This document shows, in pieces, positions 20,701-29,178 of a DNA stretch of 54,382 nucleotides (position 1 is its first letter; each line of letters starts with the position of its first letter). Below the pieces are notes generated by a model. It was not told where the DNA came from. It worked only from the letters and a program-made list of their open reading frames with translations, and did no database searches. The translations under genes were made by a program, and so were the position numbers. The DNA comes from an uncultured Clostridia bacterium (GTDB taxonomy: Bacteria > Bacillota > Clostridia > TANB77 > CAG-508): contig CATKGX010000112.1 of assembly GCA_949747775.1 (NCBI GenBank), positions 1 to 54,382 on the forward strand, read 5' to 3'.

Positions 20701-22941
20701 TACACATGGTACAAAAATTGTAGACTAAATCGATTAACTGCTTGGAACAACAATCCAGTTACAGATGTACCATCAGAAATCATTTACCTAAAAGACATGG
20801 AAAATAATAAAGTATGGTCATTAGGTTTAAACCCTATGGCAGATGATAATGACTACGATATTATTTATGGGTTTGGGTATACCAGATATATGCACACAAG
20901 CAATAACATCATACAAAAGTTAGACATATTTGTACCAAGACATGATTCTGTAAAAGTACAAATGTTACACTTAGAAAATAAAGAGCCTCAAAGAAAGCAG
21001 TTAAAATTAGTTTACTATGTAAAACCAGTACTAGATGAAGAAGAAATGAAATCGAAAGGATTTTTAGCACTAAAATATCAAGAAAATAGTAATATGATAA
21101 CAATGCAAAATACATCCAAAAAGGAAAATAATACAGTCTTTTATGTATCATGTAGCGAAAAGATAAATTCGTATACAGGTAGCAAAAAAAGCTTTATTGG
21201 AAAAGGAACTTTGGAAAATCCAAATGGAATTCATAGTATAGAACTAAATAGAGAAAATAGTTTAGGGCAAGAAGGAATTATTGCAATAGAAATGAAGGTA
21301 AATCTAGAAGCATTAGAACAAAAAGAAATTATACTAACAATGGGAGCAGAAGAAAGTGTACTAGAGTGTCAAGATAAAGCTTATCAATACACAAATATAG
21401 GAAATGCTTTTAATGAATATGAAAAAGAAAGAAAATATTGGCAAGATTTACTAGGAAGATTACAAGTAGAAACACCATTAGAGTCAGTAAACATCATGTT
21501 AAATGGTTGGCTTTTGTATCAAACAATTTGCTCAAGATTACTTGCAAAAAGTGGGTATTATCAATCTGGAGGAGCATATGGATTTAGAGACCAACTGCAA
21601 GATACCATTGGCGTCAAATATATAGCTCCAGAGGTAATGGAAAAACAAATTATCAAACACAGCAAACATCAATTTATAGAAGGAGACGTACAACATTGGT
21701 GGCATGAAGAAACAAAAAGAGGAATTCGTACCAGATTTTCAGATGATTTATTGTGGTTACCTTACCTGACTGCAGAATATATAGAACTAACAGGAAATAC
21801 AGAAATTTTAGAACAAGAAGAACCTTATGCCAAAGGCGAAATATTGCCAGAGGCAGTAGATGAAAGATATGACCTATATCTAGAAGCAGAAGTAAAGGAA
21901 AGCATTTATCAGCATTGCATTAGAGCCATTGAAAAAGCATTAAACTTTGGAGAAAATGGACTACCTAAAATTGGCTCAGGAGACTGGAATGATGGGTTTA
22001 GTACAGTAGGAAATAAAGGAAAAGGCGAAAGTATATGGTTAGGATTTTTCTTATATGATGTGTTAAAAAGATGGCTTCCGATTTGTGAGGAAAAACAAGA
22101 TAAAAGTCTTGTAGAAAAATATACAAAAGTAATGCAAAATCTAAAAAAAGCATTAAATACAGCAGGATGGGATGGAAGATGGTACAAAAGAGCCTATATG
22201 GATAATGGTGATGTTTTAGGAAGCTTGCAAAATGAAGAATGTAGAATAGATAGTATTGCACAATGCTGGGCAACCATTTCAGGAGCAGGAGATAATGACA
22301 AAAAATATATATCAATGGAAAGCTTGGAAAAGCACTTAATAGACAAAGAAAACGGATTAATTAAACTACTAGACCCACCTTTTGAAAAAAGCAAACTAGA
22401 GCCAGGCTATATTAAAGCATACTTGCCAGGAACAAGAGAAAATGGAGGGCAATATACCCATGGAGCAGTGTGGGCCATTATTGCAGAAGCAATACTAGGA
22501 TTTGGAGATAAAGCAGTAGAACATTTTAGAATGATTAATCCAATAGAACATTCACGAACAAAAGAAGAAGCTGGAAAATACAAAGTAGAACCATATGTCA
22601 TAGCAGCAGATATTTATGGATCAGGAAACTTAGCTGGAAGAGGAGGATGGACTTGGTATACCGGTTCTAGTAGTTGGTTTTATGAAGCGGGCATCAGATA
22701 TATATTAGGACTAAAAATTGAAAAAGGAGTACTTTCTATAGAACCATGTATTTCAAGCAATTGGGAAGAATATAGTATTAGATATAAATTTGGAGAAAGT
22801 ATTTATCATATAAAAGTAAAAAATCCAGAGCATAAAAATACAGGAATAAGTGTCATGAAGCTAAATGGAAAAGAAGTAGAGGAAAAGAAAATAAGACTAT
22901 GCGGAAGTGGCGGAATCTATAACATAGAAGTACAAATTTGA
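14758..22941 (+). CDS. Cyclic beta-1,2-glucan synthase-like giant membrane protein (GT84-like glycosyltransferase + GH94 phosphorylase-like domain)
   Basis: A 2727-aa ORF with a TTG start after AAGGAG. There are multiple TM blocks. The glycosyltransferase motifs are ITLDADTEL and RLHRWTRGD. The GH94 signatures are GFRDQLQD, GSGDWNDG and ENGGQYTHGAVW. Confidence 0.85.
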   Translation: MKKYRVLNITGAVLEKYQLEKYLEKLASDHILKEKSDKDTYPIPRMKENFEIITEVYDLLNEHIKLKIPIHPAGEWLLDNYYIIEETVKATQKELTLKKYTNFLGLANGPHSGFARIYVLASEIVAFTDAKIDSKNLADYLKAYSQKKSLSMEEIWNLGTFMQIAIIENIRRVCEKIYASGCQKYKVENIIERLVENKKKEELQFKKIGEYKTRVKEYGEMKYPFIEYMSYRLKRYGKKAYPFLNILEEQVGKMGTDISEVIKKEHFDIAVKKVSIGNCITSMKALQRINFINIFEQINQVESLLKKDPVEVYEKMDYKTKIEYRNQIKQISKKTKISEIYIARKCLELAQQQYQKNGITPKAHIGYYLIKEGKNKLLEVLQNKKIKAISQTEKMRLYIGVKVLFTTVIAVLLGIYIYQQTKGIGVGIIGAILLYIPIEIIVIQIMQYILGKIVKPTLIPKLDFQNGIPKEYASMVVIPTILSSKEKTEELMKKLEIYYLANKSPNMYFSLLGDCTTSSKENESFDEEVIAAGIELTEKLNQKYPNEGFPKFNFLYRKRTWNAHEGSYLGWERKRGLLNEFNEYLLGNITNPFKANTIEGKDIPKIKYVITLDADTELVLNTGLELIGAMAHILNMPKLNEKRNLVIQGHGMLQPRVGINLEAARKTKFTKIYAGSGGTDSYTNAISDIYQDNFDEGIFTGKGIYDLQTFSEVLKNQIPENIVLSHDLLEGSYLRCGLASDIMLMDGYPTSYDSFKTRLHRWTRGDIQILRWLKKSILNGKEEKERNPLGLISKYKILDNLVRSIFPPITMLTFLYCLWLKIAYNTAIWPLVSILLVGLVIPMLIQIMNRIVLKKEAEVPQKTFERQVGIIKGNIISAILEIATLPDKAYMLINAISKASYRVCISRKHLLEWTTAEEAEKNAKGSLGAYYQNMIANIMIAILFIFISLTYLQGGIQLFFFVLSVLWLIAPAILWYTSKPEKVKTAKDQITEEEERYVLEIAKKTWQFFKDHINEKNNFLPPDNYQEDRNPKVVSRTSSTNIGLGLLAVVSSYDLGYETRKDTLFLLQKMLDTIAKLAKWNGHLYNWYNIQTLEPLIPKYVSTVDSGNFIGYLYVLKQFLEEMKVETVENEAKKANETVNIKEEVQKLDLMIEQISKMIEDTRFEYLYHKENKIFSIGYNVEENMMTNSYYDLLASEARQASYVAIAKKDIPSKHWYYLSRTLTILNKYKGLVSWSGTAFEYLMPNVNIPKQEGSLIDESIQFAIMSQIEYAKQLNIPWGISESAFNLRDLNNNYQYKAFGVPWMGIKRGLADEMVVAPYGSILAIREVPKQTIENLKRLEKQGAYDKYGFFEAIDYTPARLKKDEEYAIVKTYMAHHQGLILLSINNLINNEILQKRFMKNPELKAVDILLQERMPQNIVITKEKKEKVEKIKNVDYEAYCQREYNKINFDLNPINVISNDDYTIVTDQKGKGYSQYKDIYINRYKETDEEEQGIFFYLKNIKTKRIWTGGYMNYLSGADKYTVSYTPEKSKYTRIDGNIETITTISILPNGPVEVRNIELKNHGNIPETIEITSMFEPVLSKPEQDNAHKVFNNLFLSYEFLEDSNTIIVKRNHRAENEKDIYLAVNLYTKSETMGEIEYEIDKEKFVGRGNLGLPKAVAEELPLSKKIGLTVDPIVAMKKTVKIEPKQSVKFSLILAVSDNKAEAVEHVLQNASEEKIEQNLELAKAKVQAETMYLGIKGKEIEIYQKMLRYLIFENPLKMLMLKGNTVEKAETSELWKYGISGDIPILLITIKDASDIYVVKEAIKAYEYFRIKNILVDLVIMNEERKTYDNYVAEEIQNAILDRNVGYLQNIKGGIFVLNNVEKNEKKILKYRANLFINSSLGSIGRQLKDYEEEYKEKKKEVATEAVKPAYIQEESRKQPLTGEHLKYFNEFGGFSEDGKEYCIRVNKENRLPTVWSHIMANEKFGTVVTENMGGYTWYKNCRLNRLTAWNNNPVTDVPSEIIYLKDMENNKVWSLGLNPMADDNDYDIIYGFGYTRYMHTSNNIIQKLDIFVPRHDSVKVQMLHLENKEPQRKQLKLVYYVKPVLDEEEMKSKGFLALKYQENSNMITMQNTSKKENNTVFYVSCSEKINSYTGSKKSFIGKGTLENPNGIHSIELNRENSLGQEGIIAIEMKVNLEALEQKEIILTMGAEESVLECQDKAYQYTNIGNAFNEYEKERKYWQDLLGRLQVETPLESVNIMLNGWLLYQTICSRLLAKSGYYQSGGAYGFRDQLQDTIGVKYIAPEVMEKQIIKHSKHQFIEGDVQHWWHEETKRGIRTRFSDDLLWLPYLTAEYIELTGNTEILEQEEPYAKGEILPEAVDERYDLYLEAEVKESIYQHCIRAIEKALNFGENGLPKIGSGDWNDGFSTVGNKGKGESIWLGFFLYDVLKRWLPICEEKQDKSLVEKYTKVMQNLKKALNTAGWDGRWYKRAYMDNGDVLGSLQNEECRIDSIAQCWATISGAGDNDKKYISMESLEKHLIDKENGLIKLLDPPFEKSKLEPGYIKAYLPGTRENGGQYTHGAVWAIIAEAILGFGDKAVEHFRMINPIEHSRTKEEAGKYKVEPYVIAADIYGSGNLAGRGGWTWYTGSSSWFYEAGIRYILGLKIEKGVLSIEPCISSNWEEYSIRYKFGESIYHIKVKNPEHKNTGISVMKLNGKEVEEKKIRLCGSGGIYNIEVQI

Positions 22942-22966
22942 AAAAAGGAAACAAGTATGGTATAAT
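22938..22966 (+). promoter_or_regulatory. Extended -10 promoter (TTGAAA-17 nt-TGgTATAAT) for the islet membrane protein
   Basis: TTGAAA at 22938-22943 overlaps the upstream stop codon. TATAAT is at 22961-22966 and is preceded by TGG. Confidence 0.5.
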
Positions 22967-23011
22967 AAAAGTATCACTAAATAGTATTTTTATAAAAAAG
23001 GAGTCACGACA

Positions 23012-23428
23012 ATGAACAAGTCTAAAAAATTCCAGATCGAAAATTTGATCCTCCTGACCTTGGTAGTCGTCTCAATCGTGGTCCTGTGCATCAGCGCCAA
23101 AATCACCTTTCTGTCGATAGATATGTTTATCCTTCGGGATAATGCAAATTTCTACAATGAAAGTGTGGTGAAGACGGACGAAAGTGCCGACTACTACAAT
23201 GATAACGATGCGAAGCGGCAAGAAATTTACAACTCTGATGATGCCCTCGTAAGAGGCTTCAGCAACAGCAATACAGCTGTGAAGTTGATAGGCGCTATCG
23301 TAGCTACCATTTTGTTTGTAGGCATTCCCAGTGCATGGATTTACTGCATTGTGAAAGTAATGAAAGCCACAGGAACAAGGCGTTATCATCAAAACATGGC
23401 TACCAGAAGTAGAAGGGCACGTATGTGA
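23012..23428 (+). CDS. Hypothetical two-TM membrane protein with a basic C-terminal tail, on a high-GC islet
   Basis: AAGGAG 7 nt upstream. TM segments are LILLTLVVVSIVVLCI and LIGAIVATILFVGIPSAWIYCIV. There are two in-frame CGG (Arg) codons. Confidence 0.6.
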   Translation: MNKSKKFQIENLILLTLVVVSIVVLCISAKITFLSIDMFILRDNANFYNESVVKTDESADYYNDNDAKRQEIYNSDDALVRGFSNSNTAVKLIGAIVATILFVGIPSAWIYCIVKVMKATGTRRYHQNMATRSRRARM

Positions 23429-23434
23429 ACTTTT

Positions 23435-23478
23435 GCAACCCCAAACGCACCAGCAATCGCTGGTGCGTTTGGGGTTGC
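23435..23478 (+). terminator. Perfect 20-bp GC-rich hairpin after the islet gene (no U-tract)
   Basis: GCAACCCCAAACGCACCAGC (23435-23454) pairs with GCTGGTGCGTTTGGGGTTGC (23459-23478). No T-run follows. Confidence 0.45.
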
Positions 23479-23563
23479 GCTCAGAGGGGACGTAAAAATC
23501 CCAAGCATATTAACATAGAAGGAATTAAAAATATTACAAAAGTGTTACAAAAACACAAAAGTA

Positions 23564-23592
23564 TTGCAAAAGAAATATAGCTAAGGTAAAAT
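23564..23592 (+). promoter_or_regulatory. Promoter candidate (TTGCAA-17 nt-TAAAAT) for the leader of the GLUG-repeat gene
   Basis: TTGCAA at 23564-23569 and TAAAAT at 23587-23592. Confidence 0.4.
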
Positions 23593-23642
23593 AGGAATAT
23601 CCAAGTAAAGGAACACAAAAGAAATGCAAGGAGCACACAAAA

Positions 23643-23756
23643 ATGAGAAAAGTCAAAAGCCTTGAGGCTGTAAGAGAGAGAGAGAGAGAGAGAGAGCTAT
23701 ATTCTAGAAAAATAAGTAAAGAGAAAGGCGTAAATGCCTTTATTAGAGATGGATAA
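23643..23756 (+). CDS. 37-aa leader sORF containing an (AG)12 run, MRKVKSLEAV(RE)4LYSRK...
   Basis: ATG 23643 lies 9 nt after AAGGAG (23628-23633) and the stop TAA is at 23754-23756. It is absent from the ORF track because it is shorter than 60 aa. Confidence 0.4.
   Translation: MRKVKSLEAVRERERERELYSRKISKEKGVNAFIRDG
23673..23696. repeat. Dinucleotide microsatellite (AG)12
   Basis: A direct read of AGAGAG... covering 24 nt. Confidence 0.95.
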
Positions 23757-23761
23757 AATAG

Positions 23762-23805
23762 ATGACAGACTATTTATTGTATGAAATAAGTAGGCTGTCA
23801 TTTTT
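23762..23805 (+). terminator. Terminator/attenuator hairpin immediately upstream of the GLUG-repeat gene
   Basis: ATGACAGACTATTTATT pairs with AAATAAGTAGGCTGTCAT (one bulge or mismatch), followed by TTTT. Confidence 0.6.
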
Positions 23806-23838
23806 GTGTGCAAAAATAAAAGGGAAAGGAGAAGAAAA

Positions 23839-26800
23839 ATGGCAAAAAGCAAACTAAGAACTGCATCAGGAATCACACTTGTAGCATTAGTAGTAACTAT
23901 AGTAGTATTAATTATATTGGCTACAATTAGTGTAAGTGTGATATTTGGAAAAAATGGACTAGTAAATAGAGCAGCAAAAGCAAAAGAAAAACATCAAATA
24001 GAAGCAGCACAAGAAAAATTAGTCATAAAGCTGGCAGAGTTGCAAGCAGATGCAATAGAACAAGGAAAAAGGTTAACACTGGAAGACTTAATTATTATTA
24101 ATACAACAGAAAAAGATATGATAGTAGAAACAACCACAGAAGATGAAGAGGGGAATGAGATACCAGAAAAAGTAGTTATTTACAAAGAAGAGGGAGAAAA
24201 AGATTATACCAAAGTAAAAGTGGATGGCTATGTATTTAAAGTAGATGAAAACTTTGGAGTAGAATATATAGGAGGAAGTTTTGGAAATGATCCAAAAACG
24301 AATCCAGAGAAGGACAAAGACTATGAAGGAGCAGAGGATGATGATGAACTAGAAGAAGATGAGATTATTTTAGATGAAGAAAGACCAATTGACCCAGATG
24401 CAGATAAAATTCATAGCACAGTGCCAAAGGGATGGATAGGAATATACACAGAGGAAGACTTAATTAATGTAAAAAAAGATTTAAGTAAGAAATATATTAT
24501 TATGAATGATATAGAGCTAACAAAACCATGGACACCACTAGGAGATAGAAAAACAGAATTTACAGGGTACTTAAATGGAAATGGATATCGTGTATCCAAT
24601 ATGAAAATAAATGGAACAGAAGGATATTTAGGAATGTTTGCAAGAACATCAGGAACAGCCGTCATTACCAACCTGACATTAAAAAATAGCGAAATTACAG
24701 GAAGCGGAAATTACATAGGCAATTTAGTAGGATACAACAAAGGAAACATAAGAGGAGTAAGCATTACAGGAAATATGAATTTAAGTAATACATCAAGATA
24801 TATAGGAGGACTAGTTGGCTACCATAGATATTACTCAAAAACAACAACTGGAATAGAAAGAGTGTATACAGGAGGAACACTAAATGCACCACAAGGAACC
24901 TACGTAGGAGGCATTGTAGGACTAATGCAAGGATATAGCTCAACATATAACCACTTAACCTATATCAAAAATTCATATAGTACCATGGCAACAACAGGCG
25001 ATATACATGTAGGTGGCTTAGTAGGATGTATGAGATATTCTCATTTGTACAATACCTATACAATAGGAAAAACAGTTGGAAAAAGATTGGTAGGAGGAGT
25101 GGTGGCAAGTGTGAATCGCCACACTTATGCGAATAACACATATTGGGGGAAAGGAATTACAGGTCAAACTCAAAGTGCATTAGGAATAAAGAAAACGGTA
25201 CAAGAATTAATTAAACAACCAACATACAACAGTTATGATTTTACAAAGATATGGGGAATAGATGAAGATGAAACAACAGCATATTTGCTAGGAATGGAAG
25301 TGCCAAGTGCACTAAAAGAATTGTTAAAAGGATTTTTAACACAATTAGGAGATGGAACCGAAGATAACCCATATCAAATATGGACAGTAGAACAATTACA
25401 AAATGTAAAAAATCATTTAGAGGCATATTATATTGTAATGGCAGACTTAGACTTAGGAGAAGTAAATAGTTGGACACCACTTGGAACAGAAACCGCACCA
25501 TTCAAAGGGAACTTTAATGGAAATGGACATACCATAGAGAACATGACCATAAAGAATTGTGGAAGTAATGCAGGATTGTTTGGTTATATAGAAGGAGCAA
25601 AAATCTATGATTTAACATTAGAAAACTATAATATAACAGGAGGAGCTGCTAATAATGTAGGAGGACTAGTAGGATGCTTAAAAGCAGGGAAGGCAAGTAT
25701 TTCCAAAGTATATGCAAAAGGGACAATAACATTATCAAGTACAAGTTCTTGTGTAGGTGGGTTACTTGGCTATATATCATCCCCATGTTCAATAGAACAA
25801 TGCTATTCAGGAGGAGAAATACTAGCCAAAAATGCTAGTGATGTAGGTGGTTTCATTGGACGTAGTTATCGAGGAGGAGCAAGCCAAACCCCACATATCG
25901 ATAATTGTTATTCAACGACTAATGTAGAAGGTAATAAATTAGTTGGAGGCCTTATTGGCTATATGGAAGGAGGAGAAATAACATATTCATATGCAATAGG
26001 AAAAGTAAAGGGAACTAGTGATACAGGAGGAATTGTAGGAAGTAAATATGGGGGTGGAGCAACTTCATCATATTGGTGTGCAGAAACAACTGGTCAACTA
26101 AAAGGAAGTATTGGTGTAAATTTATCATTTACGAATATGTCAAAGCAAGCAACATATAGTGGATGGGATTTTGCAAGCATATGGGCAATAGAAGAAGATA
26201 GTTCAACTGCATATTTACAAGGAATGAAGGTACCAGAGGAAGTCTATACAAAAGTATCAAATTATATTCCTTATGAAGGAGATGGAAGTAGCAAAAATCC
26301 ATATTTAATTACAAATGCAGAGCAACTAGATAGAGTAAGATATGACTTAGCAGGATGCTATAAAATAGTAAATGATATAAATTTAAGTGAATATTCAAAA
26401 TGGGAGCCAATAGGTACAAGTACACTGCGATTTACAGGAAGTCTTGATGGTGATGGACATACAATTAGTAATATGAAAATAAATGCAGAGAATACTACAA
26501 ATTTAGGTGAAAATATAGGACTATTTGGCTATGCAGCAGGAGGAACAATTAAAAATTTAACATTAGAAAATTATAGTATTACAGGTGGAAGTGGAAAATA
26601 TGTAGGAGGATTAATAGGAACTAGTGATGGAGTAAACATATCAAAAGTATATACAAAAGGGACTATAAAATTATTAAGTACAAAAGAAACATTTAATCAC
26701 ATAGGAGGATTAACTGGAAGAAACATTTTATCAACCCAAATAGCATCAAATATATCACAGTGCTATACAGAAGGAGATATTATTACGCCAAATGCTACTG

Positions 26801-29112
26801 CAGTAGGAGGTATAACAGGAACATTAAGTGGATATTCAACAACATATAAGCATAACTTAAGTAATAGTTATACAAGTGTAAACATAAATGCAAAGTCTTA
26901 TGTAGGAGGCTTAATAGGAACAGCAAGTTCATATACAAACATAACGAATAGCTATGCAGTAGGACAAGTAAATGGAAGCGATAGTGCAATTGGAGGATTA
27001 GTAGGCTCTACAGCGAATCCATCTACTTGTACAAGTTCATATTGGTGTGCGGAAACAACAGGACAACTAACAAGTGCATTGGGTATAAACACAACCATTA
27101 CAAATCTAAGCAGACAAGCTTCATATAGTGGATGGAATTTCTCTACAATATGGGCAATCGAAGAAGAAACATCTCTTGCTTATTTACAGGGAATGAAAGT
27201 GCCAGACATGGTATATGATAAAATGAATGGATATGCAGTAATGCAAGGAAAAGGAACCGCAAAAGAACCATATATTATTACAACTGCAGCTCAACTAGAT
27301 AGAGTAAGGTATAATTTAGACAAATACTATCAATTAGGAAGTAATATAAACTTAAGTAATATCACAAAATGGGAGCCAATTGGAACAAGTACGAATCCAT
27401 TTACAGGTAGTCTAGATGGAAATGGATACACAATAAGTAATATGAATATAAACGAAAGTACAAGTACAGATTTAGGAAGCAACACTGGTTTATTTGGCTA
27501 CATAAGCGGAGCTACTATTACAAATGTAGTATTAGACAACTATAATATATCAGGTGGAAGCGGAAAAAATATAGGTGGATTCGTAGGATATGCAGAAGGA
27601 GCAAGCATTTCAAAGATATATACAAATGGAACCATTACATTATCATCTACATCTAATATAGTAAGTTATATTGGTGGTATTGCAGGGCAGGTAAATTCAT
27701 TGACAACAAAAGGAGTAACAATGAATCAATGTTATGCAGAAGGAAAAGTCATAGCAAATGCAGGGACACATATTGGCGGAATAGTTGGTGGAGCAGCAGG
27801 TAAATCAGCATATCTAGTAGCTATTAGTAATAGCTATTCGAATATGAATATAACAGGAAAATCAACAATAGGCGGATTATTAGGATATGCAGGTGCGTAT
27901 ACAAATATAAACAATTCATATGCACTAGGAAAAATACAAGCAAGTGGAACTTCAGCAGGAGGATTCGTTGGTGGTAAGTATAATAGTACTGCAACCTCAT
28001 CGTACTGGTGTGTAGAAACAACAGGGCAAGAAGCAAGTGAATTAGGAACAGAGGCGACTATATCGAAACTAGTAAAACAACAAGGATATGGAAATTGGAA
28101 CTTTAATACCATATGGGCAATTGACGAAGGAACATCTACAGCGTATTTACAAGGTATGAAAAAGCCAGATGCTGTTACACAAGTAGTAAAAAATTATCCA
28201 GTGATGGAGGGAATAGGAACAAGCACGAGCCCATATATTATAACAAATGCACAACAATTAGATAAAGTAAGATATGGATTATCAGCATATTATCAATTAG
28301 GAAATGACATAGACTTAAGTAGCATTACAAGATGGGAACCAATAGGTACAATTAATCTACCATTTACAGGGAACTTTAATGGAAATGGACATATAATAAC
28401 TGGATTAAAACTAGAAGTGCCAGCTAGTCAAGAAAAGAATATAGGATTATTTGGCTATATACAAGGAGCAACCATAACAAATATAGGATTAAATGATTAT
28501 AAGATATCTGGTACTGGATATGCAAATAATATAGGAGCATTAGTAGGATACAGTGAAAGAGGAAAAATATCGAAGTCACATACCAATGGAGTAATAACAC
28601 TGACGAATAGAACATATTCTAACAATATAGGTGGACTAGTTGGGTATGCAACTTCAAGCAAAGACGGTGCAACAACAATAAGTGAGTGCTATACAGAAGG
28701 AACAATTCATGTAGAGCAAGGAAGACGTGTAGGAGGACTACTTGGAGAAGGAGTAGGATTATCAAGTTATGTTACTACAATTACAAATTGTTACTCTAAT
28801 ATGAATATAACGGCTTATAGCTCTATAGGAGGACTTATAGGAGAATTAGGCATATATACAAAGATACAAAATACTTATGCATCAGGCAAAATAATAGGAA
28901 GTTCAAAAGCAACTACAGGAGGATTATTAGGAGCAAAAGCAAGCTCAACAACGTGTACAAGCTCATATTGGGATACAGTAACAACAGGACAAGCAGAAAG
29001 CGTATTGGGAATAGGACATGACACAGCTGCAATGCAAACAGCAGCAACATATAGTGGATGGAGTAGCACAATATGGAATATAGTGGATGGAAGCTATCCA
29101 ACTTTAAAATAA
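23839..29112 (+). CDS. Giant GLUG-motif repeat surface protein with a prepilin-like N-terminal segment
   Basis: ORF 23806..29112. ATG 23839 follows AAAGGAGAAG. The N-terminus KLRTASG/ITLVALVVTIVVLIILA resembles a class-III (pilin) signal but lacks Glu at +5. There are five ~310-aa modules (NPYxI...QL..V...W(T/E)P(L/I)G...F.G...GNG..I), each packed with (I/V)GGL(V/I)G GLUG motifs. Confidence 0.85.
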   Translation: MAKSKLRTASGITLVALVVTIVVLIILATISVSVIFGKNGLVNRAAKAKEKHQIEAAQEKLVIKLAELQADAIEQGKRLTLEDLIIINTTEKDMIVETTTEDEEGNEIPEKVVIYKEEGEKDYTKVKVDGYVFKVDENFGVEYIGGSFGNDPKTNPEKDKDYEGAEDDDELEEDEIILDEERPIDPDADKIHSTVPKGWIGIYTEEDLINVKKDLSKKYIIMNDIELTKPWTPLGDRKTEFTGYLNGNGYRVSNMKINGTEGYLGMFARTSGTAVITNLTLKNSEITGSGNYIGNLVGYNKGNIRGVSITGNMNLSNTSRYIGGLVGYHRYYSKTTTGIERVYTGGTLNAPQGTYVGGIVGLMQGYSSTYNHLTYIKNSYSTMATTGDIHVGGLVGCMRYSHLYNTYTIGKTVGKRLVGGVVASVNRHTYANNTYWGKGITGQTQSALGIKKTVQELIKQPTYNSYDFTKIWGIDEDETTAYLLGMEVPSALKELLKGFLTQLGDGTEDNPYQIWTVEQLQNVKNHLEAYYIVMADLDLGEVNSWTPLGTETAPFKGNFNGNGHTIENMTIKNCGSNAGLFGYIEGAKIYDLTLENYNITGGAANNVGGLVGCLKAGKASISKVYAKGTITLSSTSSCVGGLLGYISSPCSIEQCYSGGEILAKNASDVGGFIGRSYRGGASQTPHIDNCYSTTNVEGNKLVGGLIGYMEGGEITYSYAIGKVKGTSDTGGIVGSKYGGGATSSYWCAETTGQLKGSIGVNLSFTNMSKQATYSGWDFASIWAIEEDSSTAYLQGMKVPEEVYTKVSNYIPYEGDGSSKNPYLITNAEQLDRVRYDLAGCYKIVNDINLSEYSKWEPIGTSTLRFTGSLDGDGHTISNMKINAENTTNLGENIGLFGYAAGGTIKNLTLENYSITGGSGKYVGGLIGTSDGVNISKVYTKGTIKLLSTKETFNHIGGLTGRNILSTQIASNISQCYTEGDIITPNATAVGGITGTLSGYSTTYKHNLSNSYTSVNINAKSYVGGLIGTASSYTNITNSYAVGQVNGSDSAIGGLVGSTANPSTCTSSYWCAETTGQLTSALGINTTITNLSRQASYSGWNFSTIWAIEEETSLAYLQGMKVPDMVYDKMNGYAVMQGKGTAKEPYIITTAAQLDRVRYNLDKYYQLGSNINLSNITKWEPIGTSTNPFTGSLDGNGYTISNMNINESTSTDLGSNTGLFGYISGATITNVVLDNYNISGGSGKNIGGFVGYAEGASISKIYTNGTITLSSTSNIVSYIGGIAGQVNSLTTKGVTMNQCYAEGKVIANAGTHIGGIVGGAAGKSAYLVAISNSYSNMNITGKSTIGGLLGYAGAYTNINNSYALGKIQASGTSAGGFVGGKYNSTATSSYWCVETTGQEASELGTEATISKLVKQQGYGNWNFNTIWAIDEGTSTAYLQGMKKPDAVTQVVKNYPVMEGIGTSTSPYIITNAQQLDKVRYGLSAYYQLGNDIDLSSITRWEPIGTINLPFTGNFNGNGHIITGLKLEVPASQEKNIGLFGYIQGATITNIGLNDYKISGTGYANNIGALVGYSERGKISKSHTNGVITLTNRTYSNNIGGLVGYATSSKDGATTISECYTEGTIHVEQGRRVGGLLGEGVGLSSYVTTITNCYSNMNITAYSSIGGLIGELGIYTKIQNTYASGKIIGSSKATTGGLLGAKASSTTCTSSYWDTVTTGQAESVLGIGHDTAAMQTAATYSGWSSTIWNIVDGSYPTLK

Positions 29113-29178
29113 AAGCATAGGAAAAGAAGGATGTGTGGGAGCAGATATGCTCCCTAGCACAAATCAAAGGAGGAAGAA

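Noticed and set aside
15186-22601. Many minus-strand ORFs of 60-170 aa inside the 2727-aa glucan-synthase-like gene
   Set aside because: They are the same shadow-ORF phenomenon: no motifs, no SD sequences, and each is fully nested in a gene with clear GT and GH94 signatures.
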